Origin: Botryllus schlosseri
Lineage: Eukaryota
Reading direction: 5' to 3'
Assembly (NCBI GenBank): GCA_051294905.1
Contig: CM119371.1
Coordinates: 3,412,001-3,476,000, forward strand
Length of the DNA stretch: 64,000 bases
Shown: positions 1 to 12,830 of the stretch, in pieces
How the letters are laid out: each line of letters opens with the position of its first letter
How positions within the stretch are numbered: position 1 is the stretch's first letter
Notes under the pieces: generated by a model
Databases searched by the model: none
Told to the model about the DNA's origin: nothing
The model's input: only the letters and a program-made list of their open reading frames with translations
Position numbers and translations under genes: made by a program

Positions 1-68
1 CCGGGTGATATTGATGTAGGCTTGACATCAGCGACATCAGAATCGTTATATTTACCCCCTTCTGCCAT
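1..68 (-). CDS. Probable first coding exon (MAEGGKYNDSDVADVKPTSISP...) of a gene continuing beyond the left edge
   Basis: ATG at 68-66 in ACCATGG Kozak context; frame open to the window edge; acceptor-like ATTTTCAG ~45 nt upstream (~113-120). Confidence 0.55.
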   Translation of the reverse strand, partial: MAEGGKYNDSDVADVKPTSISP

Positions 69-139
69 GGTCTTGATAACGCGGTACTAATTAGCTAGCT
101 TATATGACGATACTGAAAATATATAAGAACATTCTATGT

Positions 140-472
140 TAGGGGTACCACACTTCCTCTTTTAAGAGGATTTGTCCTCTTTTTTTACTTTTTTGAAAGT
201 GTTCTCGGTGCATGCCCCAATGAACTCTTTTTTTTGAGAATTTTGTTTCAATATATGCCAAAATTTGACTGAGATAGAGTAAATCAGTATTGAAGTAACG
301 AACGCTCCGGCGGCTATTTCGAGAGGTGAACCGGAAAGTTGGCCTTATTTTAGTCAACCGAACAGGAATTGACAAAAAATTACCATTTTTACAGGATTCC
401 ATCCGGTATTGCAAGTCTGAAAATGTTGAAAATGGGTCCTCTTATCATATTTCCAAAAATATGGTAACCCTA
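140..472. mobile_element. hAT MITE, TAGGGTTACCA-type TIR
   Basis: Ends TAGGGGTACCA / TGGTAACCCTA; flanks ttctatgt / ttctatat (7/8). Related pieces near 22004, 23760-23925, 55450-55726, 57670-57961. Confidence 0.85.
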
Positions 473-616
473 TTCTATATTTCTCTTCTGAACAACAGGC
501 TAATATTATCAATCCTGAGAACAGCGGGCTATGGAAGACCTGATGGATATATTGGAGCAATTGTCACCTGTCAACAGTCACATGCTGCTTATGTCGAATA
601 GATATTGAGTTATGAC

Positions 617-1112
617 TAGGGCAAGTTTTAGCAACTTTTGCAACTTTTTTACAGCTTATTAAATACTCAGAAGTTATCTAGTATGGTGTTTTAAGCTGTT
701 TGGGGGATTCTTATGTTACAAGTTTTTGCAACTTTTCTCAATTTTTTTCGTGCAACTTTTAGCATTTTTTTCGATTTTTCATGCAAATAACTTTTTACTG
801 ACACTATGTAAATAGATCACTCGATTATTTCACTGGCGTTTAAATTTGAGGTCCTTTCTGATCTGACGTATATATTTAGGCTAGACCGCCGAAAATTATA
901 TTTTCACTGGGTCAATTTTTTCGGGCTATTGATTTTGTTGAACTCGCCTATACTGAATTTTGCTACAGTGCCTTGCGTACGGACTGATTAGAGCAGTGGT
1001 TCCCAACCTTTTTCGACCCATCGCCCCCTTTTCAAGGTCAACACCGATCATCGCCCCCCAAATTTTGTGCACCGATAATCGGGCATACAGACTGTAATCA
1101 CCGGCGGGTTGA

Positions 1113-1146
<34 letters not shown>

Positions 1147-1207
1147 TAATCTTTCACCGCTCAGAGCTGAAAATAACGTTTTTCGCTCCCCATTGCTAGG
1201 TGGCTGA

Positions 1208-1243
<36 letters not shown>

Positions 1244-1534
1244 TCAGCCGTTTTTACGCGTCATCGCCCCCCTATCGCCCCCTTCGCTATTTTCGCCCCC
1301 CGTCGCCCCCTTTGTCCATTTTCGCCCCCCTGTCGCCCCCTTCGCCATTTTCGCCCCCCTAGATCGCCAAATCGCCCCCTGGGGGGCGATATCGCCCACG
1401 TTGGGAACCACTGGATTAGAGTATCTCATACCAAAATAATTTCAAGGAACTTGTTCATAAATACAACTTTTCAGTGCCTTTGTGAAAATAAATGCAACTT
1501 TCCACGGATTTGACTGCAGCAAAAACGTGCCCTA
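617..1534. mobile_element. hAT MITE (TAGGGCAMGTTTT TIR) hosting a nested element
   Basis: TIR tagggcaagtttt / aaaacgtgcccta; flanks gttatgac / gtgatgac. Confidence 0.85.
994..1413. mobile_element. Young hAT (Charlie/Buster-like) MITE with TCGCCCCC repeats and poly(A) tracts
   Basis: TIR cagtggttcccaac / gttgggaaccactg; perfect TSD gattagag; diverged inverted relative at 51449-51797. Confidence 0.92.
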
Positions 1535-2851
1535 GTGATGACTATCCGACTGCGGGAAATTATTTCCCAGTTCAACAATGAATTCATATAAATAATCATG
1601 TAACTGCTACATTTTCAGAGTCTGCGATTTTAAAACTTCTCTTCGTAGTTTACGGAGTGGAAGTTACGATAAGTGAATCGCAGGTCGTAACGCGACAGTG
1701 GTCGGATATAATTGGATTGGAATATTAATTTTTAATATTATCACCCTTCTTCATATGTGTGTGTTGCACAACTTCGTTGCTCACGAGTAAATGTAGACAG
1801 GGGTTGGTCAGAGACCATGAGTCATGAATCGCAATTTGAGATGTGAACAAAGAAAGTGAACGATTTTCTGAGATTTTCTGACAAATCTAGAGCAGGCTCA
1901 TCGTCATGGTGGTGGCAAGATTGTCACAATAGGGAAGAGCATGATAAAAAAAATCCAGAAAAGACTAAAATTTCTATACCATACCATAGTTGCATATTTC
2001 CATATCCGATAGCGATACTTCGTTCCATACCATATACCTTACCCTGCCATGGATGTACGGTTGCGTTTAAATCAAATGGTTGTTTAAAACAGTGTTTTAA
2101 ACGGAGTTATTTAAAAATGTGCTTTTGTTAAGTTGTATAATTGTGCCACAAGTTTTAAATATGTTCCAAATACATGCTCTATGAGCCTACGGACGAATAC
2201 CACCCGATATAACTGACGTATACGATATAGAATGGTTGCAGCCCGCGAAATAGTCGGTTCAACGGTACGGAATGTATGTTCAGATGACGGGTTGGAAGGC
2301 TATTTCGCCAAAGTAGCTATATTTACCCTATATTTTCAACTGCCGGTGTAAATACACCATTACGTCACAATTAAATATTCGTGACGTCATTGCTTTAAAA
2401 AACACTACAGCAAAAAAACATGTTTAAACAAGAGCCTTGTTTTAAACATGTTTATTTTAAATTGATTTTTACAAACACAATCGAACCTGTATGCAATAAT
2501 GAATAAGTTTGTACCCACCATTTTCAATTACCCCACCTCCTCCCTTAGATCTACCGGCACATCATGATCACATGGATTGAGAGAGCTGGAAAAAATATAC
2601 CAATATATGCAATTGCCAATATCATCGACCGAATTCAATCATGAATTCCGGAAAATGTTTACGCGAGCCATGACTAGCTAACCAGGGCCGAAACAGCAAC
2701 TCGTCAGGTCTCTCCAAAAAAAACGTTGATATCGGGCCCCCATAGTATGATAAATCAAACATTCCTTCACCCCCATAATGATACATCTATTCCCCGCTAC
2801 TTGTAAGCATGACTTGTTCAACTCATTTCAGTGCGGCAGTTTATATAACTC

Positions 2852-3060
2852 AGGGTTGAGCAATTATTTTTATCCGCGGGCCAAATGAGAAGCAGAAAAT
2901 ACTTTGGCGGGAGGAGTCGTGTAGCCGTGTTTTCCAGCGAATTGATTTTATTTTTAAATTGAAAGCTGTCAATTACACTGTTATTGAATGCTGCTCAGTG
3001 GATATGTCTGTGTTGAAATTAGGGAATGAGAAAGTGACGGTTAATTACCAAAAAGGAATA
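2852..3060 (+). mobile_element. Left-end fragment of the Charlie-like family seen complete at 9498-10824
   Basis: Shares gcaattatttt..ccgcgggccaaatgaga and tagggaatgagaaagtgacggttaatta with 9498-9680. Confidence 0.75.
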
Positions 3061-4667
3061 TTTATTAGTTACATACTGAAGAATTAAATGAATGTCTCGA
3101 ACGAAACTCGCATGATGCGCAAATACCAAGCTAATCCAGGAAATGCCAAACAATACTGACAACTTAAAAAAGTATTCCTGCTGTGCAGAGCAGCAAAGCG
3201 AGGATTACTTACTCACTTAATTACTCACTTTCTCGGCGATTGTCCGTTTTTGGCCTGATGAAGATTAGCGATGAAAAATGGCACTCGCTTGTTATCAGGG
3301 ATAAAAAAGAAACAATTGAGGATTCCAAATACACCACTACTGACAGCATTGTATTGTTACTCGTCCTCTATAAACTAGTTTTCAACCATGGAGCTACTAC
3401 ACAGCTACATTGTGGAAATGTTCGGATCCATGAATCCCGTTACCGACAGAAGTTGAAATAGTTAGTAATAAATACTTTGACGCAAATAATTATATTTCAT
3501 CAAGACGGTAAATGTCTAGCATGTTCAAGTTCATGTTCATATATACGATAACCATCTGTCGTCAGTGTTAAGTCCTCAGTCTTGAAAGTAACCATAAGGA
3601 ACACGTCGATGACATTGTCGCTGCATAATTCTGAGAAGGCAAAAATTGCGCACTCAGTTCGGAACTTTCAGGAAAAATGGATCGAATAATAGTTTTATAT
3701 CCACAGAGGCGGAATCGCTTCATGTAAAATGCATGGAGAATATAATAGCTACACGAATAATATAATTCAGATTTATTTGGTCCCACTGCTGTTTACCTTA
3801 CTTTGACCCGAAAAGCCCCGCAGCCCCAGAGAATCTCGAACGATGAGTTGGTTGGTGATATAAAAATAATAGGGCCCGTGTTGTTAACAATATCTTGTGT
3901 CGGGGCCAACGACGCATCACGATAAAAACAACGGGAGCACAGAAATATTCCAACTTGTATCGTCGTCAGAGCTACTGCTTGAGTGGTATATAACAGTAGT
4001 CAATCGTCTGATCATCGTATTTGTGCCAATTCCACTTGTTGCGAATGAATATGTTGCTCGAACAGAGCCCATAATTTTCGTGATATAATGTATAATACTA
4101 TTCTGCTTGGCGTTTAAGGCATTCCCGTAAAAACAAAGGTATGGATTTGGAGGTAATCTGTAATCATTGTCTAGTACGGCTCGCGAGTGATCAAAACTTT
4201 TTAATCCGGCCCGTGACCCAAGTTGAGTTTGACACCCCTGGTTCAACCTCGCTGACAATAATTTATCGCTAGAATAGCCATTAAGACGCACCGAGACCTG
4301 TTGAGTACGGCTGGAGTAGGGTTCTAAACAGGTCACAAGGCTCCGACGTACACGTCAATCTCACTTTCACAATTTTAACTCAAGTCAGGTCGATCACAAA
4401 GACAAAGCCGAGTTGTAGTCCGAGTGTACAACTGACATTCTATTTGGAGTCGCATAAAGTGTACAATGTACAATTGTACATATTTGTATTTCTCACGTCG
4501 TTTATACAGTTGTGATATCATTTGTCAATAATGTATGTTACTCTAATACTCGATTTTATTCCTAATACTCGATTCAGAATGGCATTAGTCAGGTGCACGA
4601 TTTCGATCACCGTTAATATTCAGTTAAATAGGAATCATCCATAACACTATAGCATATGTATCATGAG

Positions 4668-4828
4668 CAATATTCTCTATAAGCTGCGTGCGTGGGCGGC
4701 CGCGCTCCGAAAAACGTGTGCTGCGCACAAGTAAGCCGAAGTAGTGATATTTTTGTTGTTGTCACGCACTATTGTCCAAGGTGAGTTGGTAAGTGCGCGC
4801 AGACTCGTAGACAATTACAGGGAACATG
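4668..4828. mobile_element. Degenerate CAATGTTCCCTCTAA-family hAT MITE
   Basis: Similar to the complete copy at 15483-16564 and to 17360-17520. Confidence 0.6.
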
Positions 4829-7036
4829 GAACATGAGTATCATTGATGCTTTCGGGAGTGGTCTTTAAATGCGAAAAACTAAGTCTGGTTTATGCACAAT
4901 GCGTAATTCACATTGTAGCCCAATAATAAACCCACGCATCATCTCCCCAGAAAATAAAACAATGGCAAAAGAATATACACAAAATCAGCCCAGTGAACAT
5001 AAAATAATAAAAAATTCAAGGTTAAAAACTTGAATTAAATCGCATTGATTTAAATCAGCCTTTTTTAAACCAGAAACCTACCTCTGACTGGGTTTTAGTG
5101 TGCCTTCGCACATATTAGTTTATTTCCATGTATTGGCCTGAAATCCAGGGGCAAGTATACTCATTGTACGACAAACCAGTTACAAAAATGTTAATGCAGG
5201 GCTGGGCCAACTACTAGCCGCATGAAAAAAAATCGCGCATGTGTTAAGTGGAATCGCTCTCTGCATGTACAGAAGTATTCAGAAGTATATTTTGTCGGGA
5301 GCTTGAAGCTAACATGGTTATAACGCTGTCCGCACAGTGTATCCTGGAGTTGCACCAAAAGTAGAAGCAGGCTTCAAGATGTATTTTTGAAAATATATAT
5401 CAGGCCATATTTGCCAAGGAAAATGTTTGATAGTAGTGGAAGTAGTTGAATATCACAAACACTTTAGTATGGTTAAGAAGTGCCGGTAAATAATCCTAAT
5501 TGGATATCCTAAAAAAGTCTAAGTAGTTCATTGCTGGCCTATTGTGGTCAGACCTAATATCTGCGTACTATTGATATTCGGACGTGCTTCGGTATTGATA
5601 TCTACGCATCAAAAAGAGCCCAAGAATAATTCAGAACTCGGATCTGCGCAGTATTGGGGGCCGGGTATTCTACGGAACTGATTGTGCGCGGTGGAAGCTG
5701 GTATATACGCTCTATTTGGGGTCAGACATGCATCGGCGTGGACATATGTGCATCAAAAACAGTGCCACCGATGCCTCAGACCAAGCTTTAGATTGTCGCA
5801 ACAATTGTATCCGGACATGAACCCGAGCTGATATGTGAACTTCAAAAAAGCCCTGACATGGCACGCACTCGATATCGTCACACTGAATGGACTCAGACAT
5901 GCTTCAAACGTGATATCCCCGCGCTATCGACCTTGCAAACAATGCGCGATCCGAGATAACTTTTAAATGACATTTATACACGCAGTTACTATTACTTCCG
6001 ATTTATTTTCTAGATTGCGATTACAATTACTTGAAGATACTGCAATCGTCGAAATCGCTTGCAATTATAAATACGATTACCCCATGTCTGCTCTAAATGC
6101 ATTTTGTCATTTTTTAGCAGCAACATGATAAAACATTACCAAACATCAACAAAGGATTATTTCAACAACTATTCTATTCAGCAAATTCAATTGGAACACA
6201 TGGTAAAATGAGTAGCTAGATGTGAATCTGTTGAACGACTCCATCAATCAACTCGGGATAAAAGTTGAAACAATAAATAGATTAGTTAATTTGATATGGC
6301 ACGTCACTTCGTGCCTCCAGATCATTGAATCACCATCCTCTATACTCACATGATTCGGTTTATCGCTTAGTATGGCATGAAGTATGACGTGCTGAAAATT
6401 CCATGCATCAACACTTCTGCGCGTGACTGAAATCGTAGTTGTTTCCGGAATAATCTGTTATTGGCAGTCATTTTGCAGCGGAGAGATTTGCGCAGCGTTC
6501 CTTTATGCGTGTTACAAATGCGCGCGATTCAGCAGCGAAGTCAAATCGGTTAGTTTCAAATATAAAATTATTTGGAAAGCAAGTAACGGTTACCATTCTT
6601 GACGAAATGGTTTTATTAGGCAACATGTTCTATTACAGCTTACAAACTAGCTTTAATGCTATGTGCATTCCATTGATAGTTCAAGCATCATCATAATATT
6701 TCAGTCGACTGATGAAACATCTTGCTGCAAAGCTCTTAAACAGTAATGCGCAAACTTTTTTAAACACGCCCATTGATCGTGGAAATTATCGCGCCCCTTA
6801 GTATCACATTATAAAACTATTATCATGAGCAACAAGAATATTTGCGATCACAATGCATACTTTGATGGCATTTGAGGTTATGACTGTTGAGAGACCTTCC
6901 AAATATGGAATTCAGACTATACCCAGGTCAATTACCAGTTGGAGCATGGCCAATGGTTGGAGTGAATCTCGGTGGACGAGAAAAAAGATATCGTTGAATA
7001 ATGTGTCAAGAATAACCATGTCCTGTCCACGTAGCA

Positions 7037-7759
7037 CAGGGCCGGCCAACCCGTGGCCCGCGGGCCACATGTGGCCCGCGAGAAGGTTTTGAGTGGCCCG
7101 CGAGGTAATTTCCGAAATTTCTAATATCAAAAATGGATTGCACAGATTGTGAACTTGCAAGGCCAACCAAAAATTTGATTAGTTTGGCCGCAACACTTGC
7201 GATGTGATGACAAAATATCAGTTCCGACGCATTGACAGATCCATCAGCCAGTCACATATATTGGTATATCTTCGTACACTAAAATAAAGCAGAATAATTT
7301 GCGATAGATTTATCAAAAGTAAAAATTTTCTGCAAGCTTAGCGCGACATGTTGTCACTCGATTCCTTATTTTTAATATTGTTGCCCTTTTTGTGAAAATG
7401 GACGAACGCCTGATGTATCAGATTGAGTCTAACTATATTCGCGATTACGGGACAAAGTGTCGTTCAACATATGCGACCTTGCGTTTACGCTCACAGTAAG
7501 ATCGTTGACTATGAAACCTAGGCACGGAAAGATTGACGCATGTTGGTCGCAGCTTTCGATATCGATATGTCCATGCGCCGAATAGCCCAGTCCTCGCAAA
7601 CTTAGCCGAGCGATATACGGCAGGCCCGCAATATAGTCAAGTGACAATATTATTGACCTATGAACTTCAAACAAATTTCACGCTTCGCGCGGTAAGTGGC
7701 CCGCACAATATTTCGTCAATCGAATGTGGCCCTTTGGCTGAAAAGGTTGGCCGGCCCTG
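7037..7759. mobile_element. hAT Charlie-like MITE (GGCCCGCGGGCC subterminal motifs)
   Basis: TIR cagggccggccaac / gttggccggccctg; perfect TSD acgtagca. Confidence 0.92.
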
Positions 7760-8489
7760 ACGTAGCACGTAGCATATACATACTTCAGAAATTTTGGTGT
7801 CAAATGCCTTTTATTTCCTGACTTGGGCTAGGCTCAATCAAAAACCATAATTTCTAAAGATCCAAAAGCATTTCACACATGACATCAAAAAGCATGTCAC
7901 ACATGGCGTATGACATGACCTGATAAGAAAACATTTTATTTCTTCATAACATGGTCTCCTACTACGCACTCTGCACAGATGGCTCACAGACAGACCATAA
8001 AAGCATCAGCTAACATATACACGCAAGTTACTCCTAATTCATGGTCATTCCGATCGTTAGAAGGTGCGATGTATGGATGGTACGAAGCCATTATGGCATT
8101 TGAAATCGTACTATAATTCGGATTATTGGCATTGTTTAAACTTGGAAGTTTCCGCTCCCATTAAACTCACTCTGAGTTCGAGAAACTCCACTTTACTTAG
8201 GCGCCTTACCGCCCCGTCAGACGCTTTCACAACCCCGAAAGGGACGCGTCCCACAAGAATCACTACTGTATGGGGAGTAAGCTGACATTGCCAAATTAAC
8301 TGTGAATTGGTTTACACGAGTCGTAAACTCAAATATATCATATTTCAGAGACCCTTACCGCCAAATAGTTTTATCAAACTTACCCCACATACACCACAAG
8401 CACGTTTATGGAACAATCCAAGTGGCAACGAAGCTGGGACACGCTGCTTTGTCACAATAAATTTTCCCGCATGCGTTTTAAATGAAGAA

Positions 8490-8811
8490 TGATATGATAT
8501 AATGATTAGGGAAGTTACCAGTGGAAGATTCCAATGAAGAAAAAACTGCGAAGAAACCAGACAAGTATATGTTATCTTATCGATATGACATTATATTGCA
8601 CGATAAATATTACCGTCCCGTCGCTGTAGTTTGCTAACGAACTGTTTTATGCCTTCGTGAAGCTATGCTAGTACCAGCAGCATAAGTTATCTCATCTTCC
8701 ATGAATTCTACTAATTGCGCAATTCCTGTACCAGGCTGTATATTCGTAACATATATTGCCACTTCAACTGCACGAAAATCGTACATTGCGTTACAGCGCA
8801 ATGAGAACATC
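8490..8811 (-). pseudogene. Decayed SH3-like coding segment, copy 1
   Basis: One frame gives RCNAMYDFRA ... EDEITYAAGTSI ... STGNFPNHYI (SH3 ALYDF / DELSF..GD.I / G.FP.NYV order) with internal stops and over-long spacing. Confidence 0.35.
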
Positions 8812-9497
8812 CTGCTATTGCAACCTTTGATTTAATATCGAACACTAAAATGGAGCTCCTATTATGCATCGAATTCATATTATGCCTGTAAGGAGAGTAA
8901 TGGATCATTTTATACAATTACAACGTTTTCTGTACCATAGTTTTGTTGTGGCTGCGCAATCTCTAAATTCTTTACAACATTGCCTTTTCCAAGTGCTTTC
9001 GGCGCGTGAGGCGAAATATAAGTGATGATTAGTTCTCAGGAGTTCCGCCTGTGACGCATCACTATGGACGAGCTATCTGTCCGCCTAATAATTATCGTCA
9101 ATGCAGTGTACATTTCATCGTTACCACAAGAATCATGATAATATTTCAGTTGGCTGATGACAGATATTGGTGCCATAGGCTCTCTATAAGGATTGAGTCG
9201 ACATTGCCATGTCATTGAGTGTTTATTTTTTTATACGAGTCGTGAAATTACATATATCTTAGTTTTGACAAATTTATATGTCATGCATGGTAGGCAGGTT
9301 TATAGCACATTATATGAGTGGCAACTTAGCGGGGACACGCTACTTCATGATAATATATTATATTCAGGCTTTTGATTGAAGTGTGATATCAAATATTAAT
9401 GAGGAAAGTAGCCAGTGGAAGATTCCATTGAAAAAACAACTGCTGCAAAACCCTCTAATGCAGTGCTCTTCAACCGGGGTTGTCGTACACCCTAGGG

Positions 9498-10824
9498 CAG
9501 GGGTGGGCAATTATTTTCCTCCGCGGGCCAAATGAGAAAAATAAATACGTTGGCGGGCCGAGGGAACATTTTTAGCTAAATTCTCCAGCGTATATTAATT
9601 TTATTTCTAAATCACATTGTTAATAAATGCTGCTCTTTGAATGTGTTGATATTAGGGAATGAGAAAGTGACGGTTAATTAAAAAATATCTATTTGCTGTC
9701 ATGATTCGAAACAATGTTGAACGTGCTACATTTTAGTTCTCTTCAGACCCCTATTCACGTTCTTCTATTAAGACTCTAACGCAGTGGTTCTTAAACTTTT
9801 TTAGGCACGTCTCCCTTTATGATAGTGAACAATTTTGAGCCCCCTTATGATGACATGACAAAATGCAACCAGAATGCTAGCATTCCCAACGGATAGTTTG
9901 ATGGCATTGGATATTATGGCTGTTGATGAGCGAATTATGAAATATCAAAGTCGGACAATACACAGAGCAACAGCTACAAATCATAGTATATCGCGCGGAG
10001 CGCGAAAATTTTTTTCGATAAATTCGGGCATCGCGCCACCCTTCTGATGTTTTCACGTCTCCCAGTTCGAGAACCACTGCACTGAAATGAATATGCAATG
10101 GTACAAAGCTTGTATTTTCTTGGTCGCTGCCATCCGAGCAGTGTGCAGCATAAATAGCTTTTATGTTGTGAGAAGCTTGCAGTTTTTCGGAGCTTTGCCC
10201 TCTCTTGACCGAGTGTTTCGTGTTTTTGTCATAAGAACGACTTTAATTAAAATTTATAATCTCGGCGACATGCTCGGCAAAAACGGAAAGGATGGGTTTA
10301 CCCCTGACTCCAGTATGCGAATATTTAGTGCTCTAAATTCTAAACCTTCTTTGAATTTCAGTTTTCAACTTTCTTTTTTGGCATGCCCGTTAATCTTTTA
10401 TGTGTGATAGATATGACAGAGTCATAGTAATCGCGAGCACTAATCGACTTGTCTTACGAGAATTCGTAACAAATTGAAACACATACCCTATAACGCGTAA
10501 TGTGACAATGGCAACGAGGAAGGTTTGAACTAAACTAAATGGAAAGAGTAATTTTTTGTGACTTCAATTGCTACTCATACTTTGCCACATTGCCTTTATT
10601 TTGAATCTGGATTACGCATGCCAGGTGCGTAGGCAGCGTAATCCTGGCTTATTACTGAACAGGCTTCAAAGTAAACGAATTTCCTGTTCATTTGATACAG
10701 TCTACGGTTTTCGTCATTCAAAAAGCAAGTTTTATGTTTTGAATTCGAAGAAACCTTTCGCGGGCCGCACAGAATAGCTTCGCGGGCCGCATGTGGCCCG
10801 CGGGCCGCACTTTGCCCAGGTCTG
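9498..10824. mobile_element. Nested hAT Charlie-like element
   Basis: Ends caggggtgggcaa / ttgcccaggtctg; perfect TSD ccctaggg; removing it restores the outer element's gtacaccctagggtgtac palindrome. Confidence 0.9.
9782..10079. mobile_element. Third-level hAT MITE
   Basis: TIR cagtggttcttaaac / gttcgagaaccactg; TSD not preserved; inverted relative at 61591-61904. Confidence 0.75.
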
Positions 10825-12594
10825 CCCTAGGGTGTACCAGAATTTGCAAAGGGTGTACCACTCAGATGGGGTGTACAGGGGTGTACCAGATCCGAATTAC
10901 AATGAGCCGATGGCTAGCTATCACAAAGGCAGGTTTATGGGTCAGTACAGGTTGACGCACAGGTTGATGAGCAATATGGTACGATGTTATCTAGTGATTG
11001 TGATGTCATAAGCAAATATATCTACTTTTCATTTAGCCGTCGGCAATACACCAATGGTTCCGTTTGGTATTGGAAAGTATGCAGTTAACAAACATGTGTT
11101 CAGCTATAGTCATTTGTCTTTTAGTGATTTTTGAGGTAACCGCCGCGATAGCTCAGACTTTTTGAATCGGTACTTCCTACCCGACGTTAATAAATACCGC
11201 AATGCACATAAATGAAGTGTCGTAGCCAGCCAGGGTCGAAACTGCTTCCATGTTGAAATCGGAACCCTTTTGTTTTAAAATGCCGATTTTATGTCAAATA
11301 TTTCGCCATACATTTGCAATTTAGTATTTTGTTATTAGTGATGCCAATTAGCGACAATAGACTGTGTATAGCGGCATACGATCTGAGGTTACTGACATCT
11401 CTTCCAGCCCATGTGCTACTATCGACTGTGTGTGGTGTGGGGCAGGCCTGATACGCAGTGGACTGGTGCGCCTACCATCGCTGATCTGAATTACCGCTTC
11501 TGCAGCAGTAGCTTTACCTACTCTTTCCCCAATACTGTTACATTTAGGTACATTATCGTTCGTAATGTCATGCTGTTTTGGGCTGACACGAAATAAATAC
11601 CAATTTGCGTGGCGGGCGGCCTAACTGGCTGCGAATAGACTCTGTGACCAAATGCTATTATATTCAAATCCAATTTTTTGACGGCAATAACTCCGCTTCT
11701 ACTGGTTGGAATTGAACCAAATTTTAAGAACATCTTTTTTAGAGACAACCCAATACTTTCATGGGGTGAACAGAAAGATTTCACATTTTTCGGTATTTAT
11801 TTTTATATTATAAAGAGAAAGTTTCTTCTCCCGTAGCCATGCGGCTACTGGTTGGAATTGAACCAAATTTGGTGTGTAGGCTTAAGTTAGGTAACCTAAC
11901 CATTTTATCAAGTAGCCAGTACGATTTGAGGAAAAAAGTCATTTTTGAAGACCCCTAATGAACAGGGGTGTACGAGTTTTGAGCAAACGTTAAAAGGGTG
12001 TACCACGTCGAAAAAGGTTGAAGAGCACTGCTCTAATGCCATGCTATCTTGTCGATATGTAATCATATTACATAATAAACATTAGCAACACTTTGCTTTA
12101 GCTGTTCGCAAACTGTTTTATGCCTCTGTGACGCTGTGTTCATAATAGCAGTATAGGTTATCCAATCCAGCATAAACAATACTAACTTAACAGTGCCTGT
12201 ACCAGACTGCATACTCGTCGCATATGCTGTCACTTTCTGCACGAAGCTCGGGATTGCGTTACATCGCTGCGAACGGATTCCTGTGCGGTGTACGAGCTCA
12301 GATGTCTGCATTCTAAACCGATGACGCGCGATTCAGCTTGCAATTGCTTCCGCTTTGCAAGTAACCCGATCGATTCTCAAACTGAACTAGATAAATATGT
12401 CATTACTTTGCATTTCACCACAGACATGCGATGTCACGCGCCTTAATAGCGTGACGTGTGTATTCCGAGAATAAACATTTTTGAACTGCATCAATGAAGA
12501 TACTTCTTAGTTCACAATTCACATATAGACCGTGTAACCTGATGGGATGATAATCGAGCTACACATTCATAAGATACAGTTCAAGGCCATACAT

Positions 12595-12830
12595 CAGTGG
12601 CGAGTAGTTTACTTGTATAATCCACAGCTGCAACGGCAATGTATTGCGGATTCGAGTCCGACCGAGGTCGACTGGAAATTTATCTAGGTTCTTCTTCGCC
12701 ATATCAGCCGTGAAAACTAGAAGTGGACCGTGCTATGAGTCGGCAGCTACGGAATAAAAATGAAGGAAATTGGCGTGGTGTAATTGACAGAGAAGTTGAT
12801 AAACACCACGGATACCACAAACAACAACAA
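12595..12830 (+). mobile_element. tRNA-derived SINE with (AAC)n tail
   Basis: A-box-like gtggcgagtagtt, B-box-like ttcgagtcc, tail caaacaacaacaa; homologous body at 31333-31539. Confidence 0.65.

Larger units (their letters stand above)
9461..12030. mobile_element. Outer hAT Charlie-like element carrying nested insertions
   Basis: TIR cagtgctcttcaacc / ggttgaagagcactg; perfect TSD ctctaatg. Confidence 0.92.
9390..12290 (-). pseudogene. Decayed SH3-like segment, copy 2, split by the nested MITE at 9461-12030
   Basis: 9200-9460 plus 12039-12290 align collinearly with 8300-8810; reads RCNAIPSF...WITYTA...RHKTV and STGYFPH*Y. Confidence 0.35.

Noticed and set aside
1244..1429. Gly-rich ORF (GATGG repeats)
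   Set aside because: Translation of the TCGCCCCC motifs of a MITE.
3917..4336. 139-aa minus-strand ORF
   Set aside because: Runs through MITE end fragments (~4180-4240); no recognisable domain.
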